56,014 nucleotides of DNA, taken from Vicugna vicugna. Its lineage: Eukaryota. The notes under the pieces were generated by a model, which made no database searches, had not been told where the DNA came from, and saw only the letters and a program-made list of their open reading frames with translations. The stretch covers positions 186,001 to 242,014 of the forward strand of contig MU058658.1 of NCBI GenBank assembly GCA_013265495.1, written 5' to 3'. Both the position numbers and the translations under genes were made by a program. Below, piece by piece: positions 26,000 through 39,829 of this stretch; the first letter of the stretch is position 1, and each line of letters begins with the position of its first letter.

Positions 26000-27350
26000 T
26001 CACACTTAAGCGGTGGACGCCCTGTTTCTCCATATTGACGTCTTGCCCTTAACTGTCATCACAGCCACGTGCAAGCCTGCTTCTCGTGTGTGTGTTCTCG
26101 CTCTTGCCCTTCCTAAGACCCCTCACACTTCGGCCTCAGTGACAGACGCCACCTCTGTGGTCCTACGTTTGTATGAAGACTTTGGGTTCCTTGTCTTTTC
26201 ATTCCTCTCTCCTTTAATCAAGGAGCCCCTGTTTTCATTTCAACATGACGTCTTCCTTGCTCTGATCCTCTTCACTCCCAAAACCTCCACTCTGCCTCGT
26301 GAACATCCTTACGACACTTTGCCTACCTCTGCACATCTCTGGCCAAGGTTAGCAGTGACTCCCATGAAGGCTGACTTTACTGGGCTGTCATTAAGAACTT
26401 GACTGTGTGACCCCTCCATTCTTGAAATGCACTGTTTCCTTGGTTCTGGAACATCTTTCTTTAGGCTCTCTCTCTCCATCCCGCCTCTCCCTCACTGTCT
26501 CCCTTTTTTGCTGACTCATCTGTATCTGGCCACCCATTCAGTGCTGAAATTTTTAAAGACTTGGCTGCGGGCCCACTGCTTTCTCGCTGTGGTTTCTCCC
26601 AAGGCCTCATCTGTGCCCTTGACTTCAGTGATCATATTTACTTTGAGGACACTGAAATTTATTACCCTAGTCCTGACTTCTCCTTGGAGCTCTAGACCTG
26701 AATTCCCAGTTGTCTTCTTGCTATCACCAGTTGGATATTTCAAAGGTACCTTGGCCTTCACAAGATTTAGTAAGATTCAAAAGCTGCTTCTCCCTCATTC
26801 TGATCTACTTCATCTTCCTTCTTTTCTACATGGCACTGTTTAGTTGGCCAGGCCAGAAACCCCCAACCTCCCTCTCAGAGTTGCCATTTTTATCCCTTAA
26901 ATGACTCTCAAGTCTGTCCTCTGTAGTCCACTGTCTCCTCAGTCCATCCAGACATCTGCCAGCTCAGCTCCTGCCTTGCTTCACTGACTGCATCCACTGT
27001 GCTCACATTTCCGCCCCAGCACCTCCTCCACACTGAGCCGGAGACGCAGTGTAGATCTGACCACGTACTACTCACCCCGCCCACGTTCCCTAAGATGCTT
27101 CATGATCCCTCTTAAGTCTTGGGGTAAAAACCAAATCCTTAACGTGGCCCGTCCCCGGGGCCTTACCTGGTGCGGGACGTGCCCAGTTTCCTCCCTTTTC
27201 TCCTGCACGACGCTTGCTGCTCTTCTCACTCCCTGCTCCCCTTCGGTTTCCCCACCTGCGGTGGGGCTCTTCCCTCCCCGCCTTGGCCAGCCCGTTAGTG
27301 CTTCTCCTGGCTCTCCTCAGGTAGCACTTCCCCAGGGAAGCCTTTACCAG
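26000..27350. mobile_element. Degraded L2 LINE fragments
   Basis: Long pyrimidine-rich tract with L2-like motifs (ccctccattcttgaaa, ctccttggagctctagacctg, aaaaccaaatccttaac). Confidence 0.5.
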
Positions 27351-27379
27351 AATCCCCATGCAGGTCATAACCTTCCTTT

Positions 27380-27995
27380 TCCAGAGAACCCGTCAGGGCT
27401 CTCTGCTGCCCAGGAGCACCCTCGGGTGTGCCGGTCTGCTGGGGGGCTCAGCCAACTCAGAAGAGATGCGATGCTCCTGGTTTACGGGAGCAAACGGCGT
27501 AGCTCGAGATCACCAAAGGGAGGAGGTGCGTGAAGCCCTGGGGAGACCCAGCACGGCTTCCAGGCCACCCCTCCCAGCACGCTGGCAGGAATGTTCAGTT
27601 CCTTCAGCAAAGGTGTGTGACAGCACAGTCAAGCATCACCAACAAGAGGTTCACACCAGCTTCCGTGTCCACAGGTGTTGTGAGTCACGCTGTCCTACGT
27701 GACTGACCGTGGATACTCAGTTATCTGGATCTGCAGGGCGCAAGGACACGGTGTGGCTCAGGGCCTCCAGCATGCAACCCGCCCTTCACCATGAACCACA
27801 CTGTCTGCACGGATTACCTGGCCACAGTGACACAGTGGAACCCAAGGCCTCAGCCATAAAAATCACTCTTACCAGGCAAGATACTCCAAGGACTCAGAGG
27901 TGGTCTTCCCGGAGCTTGTCCAGGGCCAGTCCTTTCTTTGGAATATACGGAATTTGAGCAACCAAAGACTGTTCAGTTAACACCTTCCTGCGCCG
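27380..27995 (+). mobile_element. MER21-like LTR relic
   Basis: atgctcctggtttacgggag...caggcaagatactccaagg...gggccagtcctttctttggaat...gttaacaccttcctgc. Confidence 0.5.
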
Positions 27996-28469
27996 TCCAC
28001 CCCCACCCCCAGCGCTGCACCCGGGCTCTGTCACTGCGACACAGTCCCACTTGCCCGAGCATCTGCATCTGATGAACATTTCTGCAGCAGATACACCCGT
28101 AGTACCGCCAGGAATGTGCCTAACAACCCAAGGAGGCAGTGTGGGGTCTGGATAGGTTAAAAAAACCCACCACCAGTCCATACTGTAAAACCTTTGTGTT
28201 CATGTCCATATTTTTGTACAAATGGGAATACTCATCTCTTTGATCAACTGTCATCTGCACTTTGTGATAAACCACCTCTCCTGTCACTACACTGGATCGA
28301 GTCTTCCTCAGAGGTGTGGAAAGCAGTGAGAACTTCCTGTCAGGTCTCATTCCCCCTCTCGTGGCCCTTCCACAGTCTTAGCTTCCAGAGTGATCCTTTT
28401 AAAACATAAATCAGATGACATCAGCACTCCACTCAGAACCCTGTGATGGTCACGCCCATTATCTGTACT

Positions 28470-29055
28470 CCTGATATTTTGCATTTGGGGCCATGCTCAC
28501 TGGGGAAAGGCTGCCCCTTTGAGGGCTAGCCAATTCTTAGAGGTAGCAGACTACTCTAAGGGGCCATTCCTTTCATGTCTAAAGCAATCCAAAGCCCCTA
28601 ATTGTGGGGAGAGGGTGTAGTTCAGTGACAGAGCACATGTCTAGCATGCACAAGGTCATGAGTTCAATCCGTAGTACATCGGTTAAATTTTTAAAAATAA
28701 CAACAATAATAAATAAATAAACCTAATCACCTCCCCCTGCCCAAACAAACAAACAAAAACTAAAACAAAGTCCCAAATTGGAAACATCTCTTTCTGATTG
28801 TTACACTTGTCGGAGACAATATTCCTGACCCTCTAAAGGCTGTGCCAGGCAAACAAGGACAGCCCCTTTGCTCCGAAGCCTGTGGACAGTATTCAGATCA
28901 GCCAGTACTAAGGTGTTGGCTCTTCTCTGCCCCACCTTTCCTGTGGAAAACAATGAAAACTCTGGACCATGCTTTCTCCTGCCTCCTGACCCATTGTGGT
29001 CTTTTCCCTGTGGCCCTGTGTGATGTGCCCTGCCTCCTGTTTCTAGGGATCTGTG
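28470..29055 (+). mobile_element. ERVL-type LTR relic (MER74-like) interrupted by a Vic-1 SINE
   Basis: gagggctagccaattcttagag...tgccaggcaaacaaggacagcccc...ggaaaacaatgaaaactctgg...tgtgatgtgccctgcctcctg. Confidence 0.5.
28604..28770 (+). mobile_element. Vic-1-type SINE with degraded TSD
   Basis: gagggtgtagttcagtgacagagcacatg...gagttcaatcc...aataaataaataaacctaatcacctcccc. Flanked by aaagccccctaatt / aaagtcccaaatt. Confidence 0.8.
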
Positions 29056-29540
29056 ATCTATTTTTAGTTTTTTTGAGCAGTCTCCATACTGTTTTCCTCA
29101 GTGGCTGCACCAATTTACATTCCCACCAACAGTGTACAAGTGTTACCTTTTCTCCACATCCTCACCAACATTGTGGTCTTTTTGATGATCATCATTCTGA
29201 CAGGTGTGACGGGATAGCTCATTGTGGCTTTGATTTGCGTTTCTCTGATGATTAGCGATATTGAGCTGCTTTCCTGTGCCCAGTGGCCATCTGCATGACT
29301 TCTTTGGAAAAATGTCTTTTCAGGTCATCTGTCCATTTTTTAATTGGGTTGTTTGGTTTTTTTCATGTTAAGTTGTATGATCTGTTTGTATATGTTGGCT
29401 ATTAACCCCTTATTGGTCATATCACTTGCAAGTATCTTCTCCCATTCAGTGAGCTGTCTTTTGCTTTGTCAATGATTTCCTTTGCTGTGCAAAAGCTTTT
29501 AAGTTTGATTAGGTCCCATTTGTTTATTTTTGCTTTTCTA
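29056..29540 (-). mobile_element. L1 ORF2 3' fragment
   Basis: Minus-strand peptides KAKINKWDLIKLKSFCTAKE and [14 protein letters not shown]. Confidence 0.85.
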
Positions 29541-31402
29541 GGGGACTGCTTTAAATTGAGAGATCTGGAAAGGCCTCTGTGAGGAGGAAATGGTTGGCAT
29601 GAGCTGAGTCCCATCACCCTGGACCGCCTGTCTACAACGCAGGTGGGAATGACACAACACTGTATCTTTCACAACATCTTTCACAATGTGCCTTCCCTCA
29701 GCCTCTCTAGGAATTATTTGCAGAGTGAATTTGGAGTGGATTTTACCATGAGGCTACTGAATGCCCTTGGCCTTTTCACACATTGTTAAGACTGTTGGGT
29801 CAAACACAATTGTTGATGTACCAGTTCCCCGTCTCTGCCCCCAGAAACCAGCCTGTGGCTCCAGGGGGATCTTCAGTTCCAGGGTGAAAGTTGTGGCTTG
29901 GGATTAAGAAATGTTGGTGGTCATGGTTCCTTGAGAACGAGAGTGAATCTACAAGGAATGGAAGGAAGGAAGAGCTGATTGGAGCAGATCCCTGTGAGAG
30001 AATGACTCCCCCTAAGATGATACTGGGGATGAGCAGGAAGCAGCAGATTACAGAATTAAAGAGTCAGGGCTCATCTGTCATGTTCCTGGCCAGGAAGAAT
30101 CTGGGAGTTCGGGATTTTTTCCACCTACAGAGACTATTCATGGTCTTTGAGGAGAGAGTTCAGAATTACACTGCTTTCACCAGTGCTCTGGGGCAAATTG
30201 CTCCACAGCCTAAACCAAAAATATTTGGGCTTCTTGAGTTCCCATGGTGTTTGATACTTGCCCCAGGATGGTCACTTCCAACGGTCTCTTCCCAGGTTCT
30301 CTGCTCCTCCCCTCAAGCAAAACTGCTGAGCCAGTGCTCTGGAACTGGGAGTGGGGACAGCGGTCCACTTCTGTCTAACACCTGTACTTTGGGAGCTGCG
30401 GAACCAGTGCCGGCGAGGGTGGACATTAGACTTGGGTCTTTTCTGTGAAAACACTTCCTTTCAGCTGGGGCAAAAGTGTTGGTGTCTCAGTATTCTTAGC
30501 AGCATGGTGCCCATGGTGGAGCCTCCACCCCAGAATTGGTGACTGGGTGGAAGAAGGGGGTCCCACCTCTGGGACCAGTACTGGCCAGGAACTTAGCCTT
30601 AGCAAGTAGCTTGGGGCAGGATGAGAAATGCTGACCTCCTGCCTCTCCTGGGATGATAGCCCTCCAACAGGGAGTTGGGAGTGAGGGGTCCTTGTGTTCT
30701 CATCTGCACCACTGTGTAGGGGAGTTTCTATCTTGCTGAATTGGGACAGTGTGAGGGAGAGTGAGTGTCTCCATTTAAATGATGCAAAATCTCTATTCTT
30801 ACAAAATTGTAGCAGATCATCTTGAATAAATGTTCTCCATTTGCTATACATCTTTGGGAACATTTTCAGAGACATTGTCTTTTTGATTTTTTAAAAAATA
30901 GTTTTCACCAGTTTGGGTGGGAAATGAGCCCACAGGACTCCTCATGTTATCCATCCAGAAGTCCCTCCTTGCTCTTTTTGTTTTAAATTTTTATTTTTAA
31001 AACAATTTTAGATTTGCTGTAAAGTGCATATGGGGATGCGCTTCGTGGTCTTACAGTTATTTCAAACTGACCACGCCAAAACTGGAGTCCTGAGCTTGCC
31101 TCCAAGCCACCCCAATTGCAGTCTACCCACCTCAGGGGATGGCAAACCACTCTCTGATGTTTGGGGACAAGTCCATCACTCAAAAGTCTATTCTTCACTT
31201 GGAGGTGGTGCTGGACCTAAGAAGGCCCAGTAGTTTCGGGCTGGTGCATTCCTAAAACGTCACTGCGGGACTTCTGGCTTCCTCCTTTTGGTGGTGACTT
31301 TGCTCGTTTATCCGCAACCGCTGTGAGAAGGCTGGAGAGGAGCGAAGGCGCACCGGGAGGTGCCAGGGACCAAGCCCGGCCGCAGATCAGGCTCTGCGCC
31401 AT

Positions 31403-31963
31403 TGGGAAGGAGAAATGATAAAATGGCCACACTTAGGCTAACTACTTCTTGGCCATATACTTACTGTTTGCTTTTGCTTTTAAAAGGGTCAGCAAGCTAG
31501 TGACTTCCCTGTTTGTTTTACCTCACTCTGGTAATTGAAATTTACAGTCATGTTTGGATTTTGAGTCATTCCCCCAGGAAGGGAGTCACAGGACATTAAT
31601 CTCAGGAGAATGACCAGACCCTCCAAAGTTCCTCCTGGCACTTGATGCATCTGATCAGATAGAGGTCATGGGCTGCTAAACCCTCCAGACCACCAGACAG
31701 CCCATGACAGCAGAGAGACACACTAAGATTTCGGAGGAAGATTTACCAGAGACTTTGGTTAATTAATATCCTCTTTTACGCCCCAATTTGCTCACTATAT
31801 AATCACTAAGCCCAGCCCTAATTGGGTTCACAGTTTTGAAGGCACCTGCCTGCTGAGTCCCCTTTGCCCAGCAAAGCAATAACGCTGCCTCTTTTCTTCT
31901 AAGCTCCAAGGCCTTGTCTCTGAGTTACTCGGCTAGTCAGGGATGGATGATCTTTCAGCAACA
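31403..31963 (+). mobile_element. Solo LTR inserted in the promoter of the second ZNF gene
   Basis: ~560-bp block absent from the paralogous ZNF805 promoter. It starts TG, ends GCAACA, and has a TATA-like CTATATAA (~31796) and an AATAA-like signal (~31878). Confidence 0.7.
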
Positions 31964-31969
31964 GTTGCT

Positions 31970-32950
31970 CTTGGCCCTGACCCCAGGCTGAGGTCCGCCT
32001 CCTGAGCCTCCGCTTCACCAGGCGTGGACAGGGTTGGTCTCGTCCTTTCTCCTTGGTTCCCCGGGGTGGTGTCCACTGTGAAGAGGCGAGTCCGAAGCAG
32101 CTTCCGGAACCTCCTGCGCTCTCAGGTGGGAGAAGACCGTCTTAGAAGGTCCTACACACCTGGTTGGTTGTCGAGAAAAATCTACATTACCCAGAAGGCT
32201 GAGCGCCGCGCGTCTGCGCCGAAGCCGGGCTAATGACGTCACAGGACAGGGGTGTTTCCTGCGGCCCGCGTGGTGGGGGCGGGACTTCCGGCCCCTCCGA
32301 GACCTGCGTCATCTGTCTGTGCCGGGTGGGCCCTCCCGGCTGTGGGGCCGTGAGCGGCGGGCCGGGCGCGTTTTCCGGGAGGGAGCTGGGAAGGCCGGTG
32401 AGCCGGTTATGTCTTTCCTCCGCCGCTTTCCACGAGCCCGACATCCGCCCCCGAGCCTCCGTAACGGCGGTGTCCCGTGAGCGCCCACTGGGGCCTCGAC
32501 CGCCGTCCCCGCAGCCGGGACGCGACGGCCTGGGCCTCGTGCGCGGTTTACACCCGGAGAAACCGCCGAGGGCTCCTGGCTCCGGGCTGGCACGGGGCGG
32601 CCGTCGGTTGGATCCTGGAGCCGCCTCTGTCGCCGCCCTTCCAAGCCCTGCTTTGTCCTCAGGGTCTCCCGATGGCGGCGGCATGGATGGGCCCGGCGCC
32701 GGTGAGTGGACCGTGTGCCTGGCGTGGCTGCTTCTCTTCTCGGCTGGTTCGGAGAGGGCCCCTGGGCAGGCTGGAGGCTAAGTGAGCCATTGGGTTTCTC
32801 TTTGTCCTGTCGTTTATTTACAAGTGGCGCTGGCTTGTCATTTTATCCGCCGTCTCATAGCAGCGTCGGGTCTGTGACGGGTGTAGAAAGGATGAATGAT
32901 GCTTACAATTCCAGGTCGCCACCGAGACCTGCCGGTCCCCCATCCTCCCG
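31970..32950 (+). promoter_or_regulatory. CpG-island promoter of the second KRAB-ZNF gene
   Basis: CpG-dense. ZNF143/SBS-like TCTACATTACCCAGAAGGC (32181-32199), perfect CRE TGACGTCA (~32234), GGGGCGGGACTTCCGG (~32276-32291), YY1-like ATGGCGGC at the ATG. Collinear with 2240-2950. Confidence 0.85.
32672..32701 (+). CDS. ZNF460/ZNF543-like gene, coding exon 1 (MAAAWMGPAP)
   Basis: ATGGCGGCGGCATGGATGGGCCCGGCGCCG|gtgagt. Close to the recalled human ZNF460 N-terminus MAAAWMAPAQ. Confidence 0.85.
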
Positions 32951-33625
32951 GCCAACCTCCTCTGACCTTCCCTTCTTCCCTGGCTTATGTTCTCCAGACG
33001 CAACAACCTGATGGTGAGAAGTTCTCTGTCACCCCACCCCCACCCCCTAGCTTTTGTTTTGGCCTTTGCCCGGGATACTGTTCTTGTGTCTTTGCAGAAC
33101 TTTCTTCTCACATCCTTCTGGCCTCTGCGCAGACGTCAGCTATTTGACGAGGCCTTTCCTAGCAGCCTAAAATGGCCCCTTTCCTGTTTGCCCATCTTCT
33201 GGCATTTTGTGTAGGGAACCTAGCAAGGTTGAATAAGAGTGCAAGGTTGAATTTGTTCAGGATGTTGTGGGACCAAAGAGAAGACAATAAGAAAACAAGA
33301 GAGCTGACCTTCACTGAGGGCTTGCTGTTAGCTGACAGGCAAGCATAATGTACCACCTCATTTGCTCCTCAGCTCTTCAGAGCTAAGTTCTGTAATGGTC
33401 ACTGTTTTGCACAAGAACAGCTTGAGGCTCAGTGAGATTTCGTTACCTGCTCGAGTTCACAGTGGCTTTTAAGTAGCAGAAATTAACCAGCATGTCGACC
33501 ACGACAGCCTATATTTTTACCCTTTTCTGTGTGAACTGTGGGCAGGGAGGCCTGGAGGTGAGTAAACATTGCAAGGCAAGCGGGCTTCCTTTCAATAGGC
33601 AGTCTTGAGCGTGAGCTCAAGGTAT

Positions 33626-33718
33626 GGGGTGGGGTATAGCTCAGTGGTAGAGTGTGTGCTTAGCATGCAGGAGGCCCTGTGTTCAACCCCCAGTACATCC
33701 ACCAGAAAAAAAAAAAAA
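33626..33718 (+). mobile_element. Vic-1-type SINE
   Basis: ggggtatagctcagtggtagagtgtgtgcttagcatgcaggaggccctgtgttcaacccccagtac plus an A tail. Confidence 0.85.
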
Positions 33719-34948
33719 GACATATTGGTGGTTTAAGGAGTTCCCAGAGGACCTGTGTGATTGCCAGGGTTCCCCAGACTCCTCCATCTGCCGAGGCATG
33801 TCCTGGTCATTTGCTGAATGTTCATCCTGCTGTCAGCCAGGACAGGCATCATGGCCAAAGGCGTTTGTTCTCCTGGCTACAGCCGCCATTGTCCTCAGCA
33901 ATTCCTGTCCCTGGTCATGAAGTATTCTTTTCCCCCAGGATAGTGCTGTCAGACCTCAGGTAGTAAAAAGAAGTGATGGCTTATCGTGGAGTCTCCCTGG
34001 GAGTCTCCAAGGTACAGAGGGCAGCCGGAGCTGGTCCAGGCCCTGCCACTTCCCAGACAGGTCCCTCCTCCCCTTCCTCCCACCCTGCCCCATCCACCGC
34101 CCTCCCCCCCAGTTGGGTGATAATGAGTCTGCTCCTCTGCCGGTGTCTGCAGAACTGTTTTCAGTGGGAGCTGAAATGAATGGACCTGCAAAATTTATTT
34201 AAAATGCTTCACATCTTCATTAAATGTGGTTTTACTTTGCTAATGGTGGAGTGTCAGGGTTTTGCTAATAGACCCCAGATCAGAGGGACCTGAGTTTAAA
34301 TCCTGCCTCTGGTCATAATGCATATAAACTTCTGGTGAACCGGTTGAGCTCCCTGGACCTCAGGTCCCCTAACTGATGGGAAGATGATGATGGCATTGAC
34401 CTCACAGGCTATGGCCAGTCACCCAGTGTAATTTTTCTTTAATTCTCATAAGTATTATTGCTAAGTGAGAATCATTGTACTGATTCAGAAATCAAGGTTC
34501 AGAGAAATGAAGTCCCCAGGTTCACAGAGGAGTCAAGTGTTGATTTTAAGACTTTGGATTCAAACTTCAGGAGTACGACATCAGAGCTAGGGGCTTTCAG
34601 TGACTTTAAAGCGCTCAGTATGAGGCAGGCACACAGTAAGGACCAGTGAGTCTCGGTGCTGTTGCTGTAATGATTATTTCTATCATTTTTACTGTTATCG
34701 TTATGTTACTCTTCCCCGTTTTCCTGATGCCTTGGTGCCCTTACCATTCTGTGCCTCGCAGTCCAGTCCTGTCATCAGGATGGTCCTGACCTTGTGTCTT
34801 CTCCACCAGCTCCCGCATAGGAGGCTCTGTCTCCTACACTGCTGTCATCCCAAAGCAGAATCTGCCTCCTTAAGTCCCGCACAAATCTCAGCGTCCAGGG
34901 GGTGTCTGGTCTTTTGGCATCTTTGCCGTGGAGAGCGATGGGCCCTGA

Positions 34949-35536
<588 letters not shown>

Positions 35537-36029
35537 TAGACCTTGCTCTCTGAGACACACACGTTCCTCATCTTTGTTTCTTCCTATTTGTTGCTTTTAT
35601 CTTGTTTCTCTGTTCACGCCCTACTCATTTAATTCTCCCAGCCTGCCGTCCTCAGCAAGTAAGGAAAATGGGGCCGTTGCCGTGAGTCCCTCATGAAGCT
35701 TCATCCATTCAACTAAAAAGACACATCTTGGTTGTGAAAAGCTCTCCTGCATTTTTTGATGGTACAAGTCCTTTCTTTTGTGAAATGTCGATAAGAATAA
35801 ATGAGATTTGATGTTTGTGCAGATGTCACTATTTGTGAAGATTCCCAATTTCTGATTTGTAGTGGTTCATGAGATGCTGAATTCTGGCCTCACCAAGTCT
35901 GCCCCTTCCTCTGGCCCTGTTTCCTAAGGATTGAGTCCTTCTGCTCATGTCCCCTCCCACATGGTCTGAGACTGCAGGCCCCACGCAGGAGTGTTTGCTG
36001 TTCCCTCCTTAGTGTAGCACTTGGGAAAC

Positions 36030-36240
36030 CTGGGTCTGGTGCTGGACCCCGGGTGTCTAATCCCTGCTCTGTTGCTAATGAGCTCTGCGTTCCTGGGCAA
36101 CTTACTGCCCCTCCTGGGCCTCAGTTATCTCACAGGTAAAAGGAGGTGGTGTGGTGTCTGCTTCGCACGGCTGTCGTGAGGGTCAGTGGCCCAGAACAGT
36201 GCCTGCCAGCGCCTTGCTGTGTGCAGGCTTAGCGATTGTG
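36030..36240 (+). mobile_element. MIR SINE (same intron-2 position as the MIR at 7490 in ZNF805)
   Basis: ctgggcaacttactgcccctcctgggcctcagttatctcacaggtaaaagg matches the MIR core. Confidence 0.6.
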
Positions 36241-36789
36241 GCCCCTGCTGTCACCACTGTTAATGGTGTCATTGCTGTCCTGGTCCTCGTGGTGTTCGCC
36301 CTGCACTTGGATCAGCATCTTCTGGAGCAGGGCTGTGTGGCCCTGCAGTTCAACAGGCCAGATGCCAGAGATGACGGGACTTGGGCTTTCGTCTTGGCTC
36401 AGCCACTCAGCGTGTCTAGTTTCAGCAAATCATCGTATCTGCCCGAACCCCTGTTTCTTCATCTCTAAAATAGTGCTTATTGCAGCGTGTGCTTCATGTG
36501 GATGCTGGAAGGAATTCCTAAACCAGAATTTTTCATGCAAGGCCCACAGGAAGAACAACATATAACAATGTAACACTTTGCTTAGGACCTGAAAAAGGCT
36601 TCGCTCTGTGAAGACACCTTGTTCCTGAATGAAGAGCTTCAATATTTTAAATTTCTTTTCTAAATTAGTGCATTAACATAATTCAGGGTTTTTTTTTAAA
36701 AAATGCATATTTGAATTGCTTGGCACAGTCCCTGGCATGTGTTACACCTTATAAAAATTAGTTGTTTGATTATTATTATTACTATTAAC

Positions 36790-39180
36790 ATGTAGATATC
36801 CAGTTGTTCCAGCACCATTTGTTGAAAAGTCTGGCTTTGCTCCATCAGCTTGCCTTTGCGCCTTTGCCAAAGAGCAGTTGACTGCGCTTACGTGGGTCTG
36901 CTTCTGGGCTTTCAGTTCTGTTCCAGTGACCTTTCACCAATATCACACTGTCTGGATTGCCGTGACTTTATTGTAAGTCTTGAGATTGAGTCGTGTCAGT
37001 CCTTCCATTTTGTTCTTCTTCAGTATTGTGTTGGTTCTTCTGGGTCTTTTGCTTCTCCCTATAAACTTTAGAATCAGTTTTGGATATCCACAAAACAATT
37101 TGCTGAGGTTTTGACTGGGATTGCGTTGAATCTACAGATCAAATTAGAAAGAACTGGCATCTTGGCAATATCGATTCTTCCCATCCATGAACATAAAATA
37201 TCTCTCCACTGCTTTTGTTCTTTGATTTTTCATCAGAGTTCTGTAGTCTTCCTCATACAGATCTTGTACATATTTTGTTAGATTTATACCTAAGTATTTC
37301 ATCTTGTGGAAGTGCTAATGTAAATGGTAGTGTGTTTTTTGAGTTTCGCTTGTTCATTGGTAGTCTACAGGAAAGTAACCAACTTTTGTGCATTAACCTT
37401 GTGTCCTGCAACTTTGCTATAAGTGCTTATTAGTTCCAGAAGTCTTCTGTTGACCTTATAACGAAATAATCTTAATTCCTGCCTCCCATCCTTCGTCCCA
37501 TTGCTGCCATTCATTTCACTTATATATCTAAGCACAGGTATATGTATGTGTGTAAGATATATACATAAGCATAACTGAATGCGCAGTTAATGTTACTATT
37601 CTGAACAGACTGTTATCTGTTAGATTGGTTAGGAAAAGGAAAAGTTTTTTTAATGTTTATGCTCTTTTTTTTTTAAATTTAATTTTAGGTTTTTTTTAAT
37701 GGAGGTACTGGGGATTGAACCCAGGACCTTGTTCATGCTAAGCAGGTGCTCTACCATTGAGCTATACCCTCCCCTCAAGACAAGTAAAAGTTTTAGTTTT
37801 ACTTTCTCGTACTCCTCCTTTGATAGTCCTCCTTTCTTTAGGTCTGAGTTTCTAACCTATATAATTTTCCTCTTAAGAAGTTATTTTAACATTTCTTGCA
37901 AGATAGGTCTACTGGCAACAGATTTCAATTTTTGTTTCTCTGAGAAATTATTTCTCTTTCACTTTGAAGGATAATTTCACAGGGTGTGGAATTCAAGGTT
38001 GGTGAGGTTTTTCTCTGAACATTTTAAATATTTCTTTCCGCTGTCTCCTTTCTTGTATGATTTCTGAGGAGAAATCAGATGTAATTGTTGTTTTTGTTCT
38101 TTTATTATAGGTAAGGTGTTTTTTATCTCTGGCTTCCTTCAGGATTTTTTCCTTTATCTTTGATTTTCTGCAGTTTTTAAATGATATTATGAGATGTGTG
38201 TTTCGGGCGGTGGGGAGTGGTGGCAGTGGGCATTTATCGCGCTTGGTGTCTCTTGGCTTCTAGCATCTGTAGTTTGGTGTCTGACATTCATTTTGGGAAA
38301 TTCCCAGTCATTACTGTTTCAACTATTTCTTCTGTTTCTTCCTCTCTTTTTTTCCCTCCTTTTAAAATTCCTGTTAAATGTATATCACACCTTTTGTAGT
38401 TTTACTATCCTTGAATATTGTGTTCTGTGTTTTGAGTCTTTGTCCTCTTTGCTTTTCAGTTTTGGAGGTTTCTGTTGATACAGCTGCAAGCCCAGAGATT
38501 CTTTGGCCCCGTCCAGTCTGCTAATAAGTCCACCAAAGGCATTCCTCAGTGTTGCTTCATCTGTGGCATTTGTTCTTACTTAGGGTTTCCCTTTATCTGC
38601 TTAGGTTGCCCATCTGTTTTTGTACGCAGTCTACTTTGTCCATTAAAGTCCTTAGCATATGAATCATTGTCGTTAAAATTCCTGATCTGAGAATTCCAGC
38701 ATCTCTGACATGTCTAGTTCTGATGCTTGCTCTGTCTCTTCAAATTGTGTTTTTTGCCTTTCAGCACGATTCCTAGTTTTTTCTTGATAGCTGGACAGGA
38801 TGTACCGGGAAAAAGTAACTGTTGTAAGTGGGCCGTTAGAAATACAGTGGTAGGGTGGGGGAGTGAGAGCGTGTTCTGTAGCTCTGTGGTTCGCTCTCAG
38901 GCTTTTAGTGACCCTGTGCCTCTGGACTGTGAACTTCACAAGTGTTTCTCAGTATTTATCGCCTCCACTAAGGTAGGACAGGATGGCCAGAGTTGACTGG
39001 AGTTGTGTATTTCCTGTCTCCCAGGTCAGCCAGGCTCGGATAAAACCCTAGCAGTTTCGGCTCTGGTTAATTAGTTTCCTCTGCGGGCAGGCCTGGTTGA
39101 GAACAGAGTGCTCTGGTGTATTTCAGAAATGGTTCTTTTTTCCCCAGCTGCCAGAAGCCCAAGGGGATTTTTCTTTTGAG
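36790..39180 (-). mobile_element. Old L1 fragments (ORF2 and ORF1/5' region), antisense
   Basis: ccagcaccatttgttgaaaag...gattgggattgcgttgaatct-like ORF2 text. Minus-strand QKTQFEETEQASELDMSEMLEFSDQEF is ORF1-like. Confidence 0.8.
37665..37774 (-). mobile_element. Vic-1-type SINE
   Basis: Reverse complement ggggagggtatagctcaatggtagagcacctgcttagcatgaacaaggtcctgggttcaatccccagtacctcca plus an A tail. Confidence 0.88.
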
Positions 39181-39404
39181 GGGTTCAATCCCCAGTACCT
39201 CCATTTAAAAAAAAATAGAGGGGAAAACCACACACACAAACACACAACAAGACAACAGGAGCTGTGGGTGCCTCATTGATCCTGCTCTGCACTTCCTGGA
39301 ATAAAGCTTTCTCTGTACTCGGAGTGGCTGGCGTGGGCTGCCTGCCTGAGACGGCCAGTGATCAGGGATGCCACTGGGGGACGATGGAGATCAGGGCTTA
39401 CTAG

Positions 39405-39545
39405 CCTGCCAGATTGGCTCCCGTCACCTGGGGAGTGTTTAAAGTCCACTGATGCTCAGGCCTCACCCCAGAGGTTCTGTCTGAATTGCTCTGGGGCAAC
39501 TGAGCACTCTGGGTGTTCCTGACACCCAGGGAGGTCGAGGCCCCT
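39405..39545. mobile_element. MER5A-like hAT fragment
   Basis: tcacctggggagtgtttaaa...gatgctcaggcctcaccccagaggttctg...ctgaattgctctgggg. Confidence 0.55.
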
Positions 39546-39829
39546 GGCGTGGATGGGAGAAAACGTCTTCAGGAAACGCGTGTGAACTGCGTTGGGGTTT
39601 TGTGGGATGGAGGTCAGAGGGAGTTGCCGCTGTCTACGCAGCCAGCACTCATGTCTTTGGGGCCAAACGACAGTGCTTTTACAGTTTGTTTCCCAGTCGC
39701 AGCATTTTGTTCGCAGAGATGGGAGCAGCTGCATTTTGAGGTCTCTTCCAAATCCTGCAGTCTGATCTAGATTGAAAGGTGTCTTTCTTCTCACTAAAAT
39801 CCCCGTGTTCTTTCTTTCTCTGTGAAAAG

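Noticed and set aside
33626..33700. tRNA-Ala-like sequence (also 405-485, 28610-28680, 37700-37774)
   Set aside because: Diverged copies with A-rich tails. These are SINE heads, not tRNA genes.
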